Of a stretch of DNA of 20,000 nucleotides, positions 16,826 to 20,000 are shown one piece after another (positions within the stretch are counted from its first letter, which is position 1; each line of letters opens with the position of its first letter). The notes beneath the pieces were generated by a model. That model was not told the origin of the DNA and searched no databases. It was given only the letters and a program-made list of their open reading frames with translations. The translations under genes were made by a program, and so were the position numbers. The DNA lies in contig JAWLHB010000021.1 of NCBI GenBank assembly GCA_041690595.1, positions 50,599 through 70,598 of the forward strand, in the 5' to 3' direction. Source of the stretch: Lentisphaeria bacterium (GTDB taxonomy: Bacteria > Verrucomicrobiota > Lentisphaeria > JABSQK01 > JAWLHB01).

Positions 16826-17018
16826 ATTAACCACAAGGAACGCAGAGATCGCAAAGAGCGGGCAAGTCTTGGCTGGTCAAGGAATTGAGACAAGGCAATC
16901 AGGATGATTGCTGCCACCTCGGCAAGCTTGGCTACTTTGACGTTGGGTGTAGCCAGGGACGCGGACGGGCGGAGGTATGCAGGAGGATTAACCACAAAGA
17001 ACGCAGAGATCACAGAGA
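16826..17018 (+). repeat. Direct repeat pair of 32-bp ACCAC-initiated 3x9-bp modules
   Basis: ATTAACCACAAGGAACGCAGAGATCGCAAAGA (16826-16857) and ATTAACCACAAAGAACGCAGAGATCACAGAGA (16987-17018), 29/32 identical. Confidence 0.85.
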
Positions 17019-17322
17019 AGGAGCCGGGGTGGACCGGCGGGCAGAGGGTCGGGAGGGGCAACATCCAACGCGGGAGCCGTCGGTGGGCGGACGTGGCCGC
17101 CCTTCAGGCGAGTGGCGTGCCCAGGATAACGACCGAGGTTTTGGCCGAGGTTTTGGAGGAGACTGGCAAGGTTGAGGACCTTCGCCGTCCGGAGGCCGGC
17201 TCACGATCGGCACTCATGGATTGGGTTCACGCGGTGGAGACTGGAGGCCGTGGATTCAGCTTCGAATGGGGTTGATGCGTGGGCGGGGAGGAGGTAGACC
17301 GTTGGGGCAAGGCAAAAGGAGA

Positions 17323-17347
17323 TATGGACGGTATGGACGGTAATGGC
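17323..17347 (+). repeat. Short 9-bp tandem repeat
   Basis: TATGGACGG TATGGACGG TAATGGC. Confidence 0.5.
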
Positions 17348-17475
17348 CCAAGTCGCGGTTCGGAGAACCGCTCACTCAATCAGTCCCGTGGAATTGAGCG
17401 CACGCGGGGGGGCAATGGCAATGGCTGGGCCGTTGGATCGGCATCGGGCACACGGAGCGTATCGTGATAATGCGA

Positions 17476-20000
17476 TCATTCGACCTTGGTGAAGCTGGGC
17501 AATGTGCCTTCGACATGGAGCATGGCCTGGTCGAGGGTCATGGAGCCCTGGTTGATGGTCAGAGTCATGGCTCCGTTGATGGCGCAGGTGATGGTGCTCT
17601 GCGTGTAGGTGCCATTGACGTGGCCCCAGAGGTTGCCGCTCAGGCTCAGCGGCAGGGTCTGCGGCTCGTTCGAAGGCAGCCCGATCTTCACCGTACGGTT
17701 GGCGCCGTACATGAAACGGAAGCGGTAGTCTTCCGGGTGAGCAAAGCCTGCCCGGAGGATACCGTCGCGGCCACCCAGGAAGGTATAGGTGCTGCCGGCG
17801 ACCGTCAACGGATAGGCAAAGCTTTCGGCTGTACTCCAAGTCTCGATGGTGTAGTACCACTGGGTTCCCTGACGCCAGGCGCGCAGGGCCTGCATCTCAC
17901 CCGTAGACAGGTCGAGAAGCAGGTAACCGGGATAACTGAAGCTCTGCACCGCATTCTCGCCGGCGTTGACACCACTCCAATTCAGGCTGTAGCAGGCGAT
18001 ACCCTGACCTTCCAGCGCGGCTGTTATCGCGGCGTCAGCCTCGGCCTGACGGTTGAACTCGGGAAGCTGGAAGCCGGCGTCAGCCGCCAGCTCGACCAGC
18101 AGCACCTCGAAGGGGGTGTTGCTGGTGTTCTCCTGCTTTGTGCGAGCATAGTCGAAGCGAGCACTCATGTCGCCCATCTCGACGAGCGTCGGCTGGCCGA
18201 AGGGAGCGCCTCCGCGCCAGGGGCCGGCAAAGCTGACTACCGCCGGCCCCGTGACGCCACCGCCAAGGGGCACTTCGCTCGGATGCATGGTCCCGAACAT
18301 GTGCCCATAGTGGTACTCGCCAATCGCCACCGGAACGGCTTCGACATCGCTCACGTGGAGCACCCAGATGTTGCTGGCTCCGATGTCGGCCGTGTACCAG
18401 CCGGGGAAGTCGATCCGATCGCCGCTGCCATCCTGCCAGCGGACAACCGCCGACGCCTGATGATCGCGCAGGTCGATCACCAGATAGCCGTTCCCTGCCT
18501 GAGGCGCCACGCCGTCGCCGTACTGAGTGCCGCGAACGGTGAAGGTGTAGACCAGATTCTCCGCCTGCTCGTCGTCGAGGATCAGGATCGTCGCGGTACC
18601 GTCAGCATGGTCGGGGGCGGTGGCGGTAATCGTCACCAGAATATCGCCGTCGAAGTCCTCGTCGTCCACGGCGTTGACCGCAAAGGTGGCGGTGCTGGAG
18701 CCCGCCGCGATGGTGACGGTCGCCGGCACCACCGCTTCGGTCGTGTCGCTGCTGGTGAGGTCGACCACCAGCTCCGCACCGGTATCGGTGTTGCGGGTGA
18801 CGGTTGCCACCGTCGTCCCCCCGTCTTCGCTGATGGCCGCCGCCGCCAGGGAGAGCGAGAGCCCGAGTTGGCCGTCGTTATCGCGAATGGTCAGGGTATG
18901 CTGAAGGATGGCGCCGCGAAGGGCGTTGATCGGTTCGCCGATGGTCACGATGACGGTCTCGTCGGGTTCGGGCAGGGCATCGTCGAGAATGGTCAGTTCC
19001 AGGATCGCGTGGGTCTGTCCGGCGGGAATCAGCAGGGGGCTTTCGGCCATGGTGTAATCGAGCCCAAGGGTCGCCGTACCGCTGACGGTAAAGGGTATCG
19101 TGACCGCCACATCGAGCGGTTGGGAGAGGAGCGCGACCATCTCGACCGTGCCGGCGGCCTCATCGCGATCCTGAGTGGCAGCCTCCCAGTCGACGGAGCT
19201 TGGTGTGGGGGAGGCGGCGACGCAGAGGCGGAAGCCGATCCCGTAGCTGTCATCGCCGGGGTAATACCAGTACTCGAAGCCGACACGGGCGTGTTCCGCA
19301 TGGTTTCCCCAGCCGCCGCCCCGCAGAACCCGGAACGAGCCCTCGTAGTCCGGGTGCCAGTTCCAGTTCCACTCGAAGGTATTTCCGACCAGATCGTGCA
19401 GGCCATAGCTGTTTGCGGCGAAGGATCCCACCGGATTGGTATACGGCGCGCCACCTGCCAGATAGTCGGGATGGTGCCCGCGGGTGGGGCTGACGTCGTA
19501 GGCAAAGAGATCGCTGCTGTTGTAGTTGGCCTGGCTGTGGGAAATGGTATCGCCCCATGGAAAGCGCCTGCCGCTCAATCCGCCGCGCGCCGCGTATTCC
19601 CATTCCGTCGTTGTCGGCAGGCGATAGCCATCAGCGCCCCAGTCAACGCACGAATCATCGATTTCGGCCTGCCCGGTCCGATAGATAGTCGTCCTGGCGG
19701 AGGAGATGAAGTAACAGGGGGCTCTCCCCTCCTTCTCGCTACGGGCGTTGCACCATTTGATGGCATCATACCAACTGATCGAATTGACGGGGTGGTCATG
19801 ATTCTTGCCATAGCCCTGCGCCAGATCCTCGTAGCCATTCACCGTCGCCCAGGCGCGCACCTCGTCCCAGAGGGAATGGGTGACTTCATGGCGACCGATA
19901 TAGAAGGCCGTGACGTTCAGGGAATAGTCGCCAAAGTCTGGATCGGTTCCGATGTTGGCGCCCGCGGCAATGAAGGCAAACTCGGGAAGCAGGTCGGCGA
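17476..20000 (-). CDS. Large multidomain, probably extracellular protein: FGE/SUMF1-type (CLec-fold) domain + 2 Calx-beta domains + duplicated C-terminal domain (5' end beyond window)
   Basis: Frame is open to the window edge (ADLLPEFAFIAAGANIGTDPDFGDYSLNVTAFYIGRHEVT...). FGE motifs HPVNSISWYDA, YRLPTTTEWEYAARGG, NSYGLHDLVGNTFEW, RVLRGGGW, GFR. Calx-beta motifs SGTATLGLDY...ILDDALPEPDETVIV and VNAVDDEDFDGD. Confidence 0.9.
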   Translation of the reverse strand, partial: ADLLPEFAFIAAGANIGTDPDFGDYSLNVTAFYIGRHEVTHSLWDEVRAWATVNGYEDLAQGYGKNHDHPVNSISWYDAIKWCNARSEKEGRAPCYFISSARTTIYRTGQAEIDDSCVDWGADGYRLPTTTEWEYAARGGLSGRRFPWGDTISHSQANYNSSDLFAYDVSPTRGHHPDYLAGGAPYTNPVGSFAANSYGLHDLVGNTFEWNWNWHPDYEGSFRVLRGGGWGNHAEHARVGFEYWYYPGDDSYGIGFRLCVAASPTPSSVDWEAATQDRDEAAGTVEMVALLSQPLDVAVTIPFTVSGTATLGLDYTMAESPLLIPAGQTHAILELTILDDALPEPDETVIVTIGEPINALRGAILQHTLTIRDNDGQLGLSLSLAAAAISEDGGTTVATVTRNTDTGAELVVDLTSSDTTEAVVPATVTIAAGSSTATFAVNAVDDEDFDGDILVTITATAPDHADGTATILILDDEQAENLVYTFTVRGTQYGDGVAPQAGNGYLVIDLRDHQASAVVRWQDGSGDRIDFPGWYTADIGASNIWVLHVSDVEAVPVAIGEYHYGHMFGTMHPSEVPLGGGVTGPAVVSFAGPWRGGAPFGQPTLVEMGDMSARFDYARTKQENTSNTPFEVLLVELAADAGFQLPEFNRQAEADAAITAALEGQGIACYSLNWSGVNAGENAVQSFSYPGYLLLDLSTGEMQALRAWRQGTQWYYTIETWSTAESFAYPLTVAGSTYTFLGGRDGILRAGFAHPEDYRFRFMYGANRTVKIGLPSNEPQTLPLSLSGNLWGHVNGTYTQSTITCAINGAMTLTINQGSMTLDQAMLHVEGTLPSFTKVE

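Noticed and set aside
15964..17018. CRISPR array
   Set aside because: The repeats are in mixed orientation, irregularly spaced and internally periodic. There are no uniform spacers and no cas genes.
15803..17467. Short ORFs across the repeat interval (e.g. 16424-16738, 16482-16907, 16579-17064, 16885-17175)
   Set aside because: They are translations of the repeats (FVSFVFFVV, LRSLRSL, WLRPTAA) with no RBS or recognisable domain.

Overview
GC-rich bacterial window; gene content and protein styles suggest a PVC-group organism such as Lentisphaerae or Kiritimatiellae (inference only). In order: the 3' end of a FliN-like gene, a membrane protein and a degenerate histidine-kinase-like gene; an HxxxDG acyltransferase paired with a Zn-ribbon membrane protein; a SET-domain methyltransferase with a long structured upstream region; ppnP; an SGNH hydrolase; a small lipoprotein; a sugar epimerase/MDR dehydrogenase/sulfatase operon; a divergent Asp-box (BNR) protein; a UroD/MtaA-family protein; a 1183-aa exported protein with an apparently degenerate PHP-like domain; and the 3' part of a large FGE/CLec + 2x Calx-beta protein ending in two copies of an unrecognised domain. 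The most unusual part is the ~1.7-kb interval 15807-17475 with no convincing gene. It holds two interleaved inverted-repeat pairs (A-B-A'-B'), a 568-bp element with 30-bp hairpin-containing termini and no transposase, and six ACCAC-initiated 9-bp-period modules. All family calls come from motif recognition by eye, not database searches.
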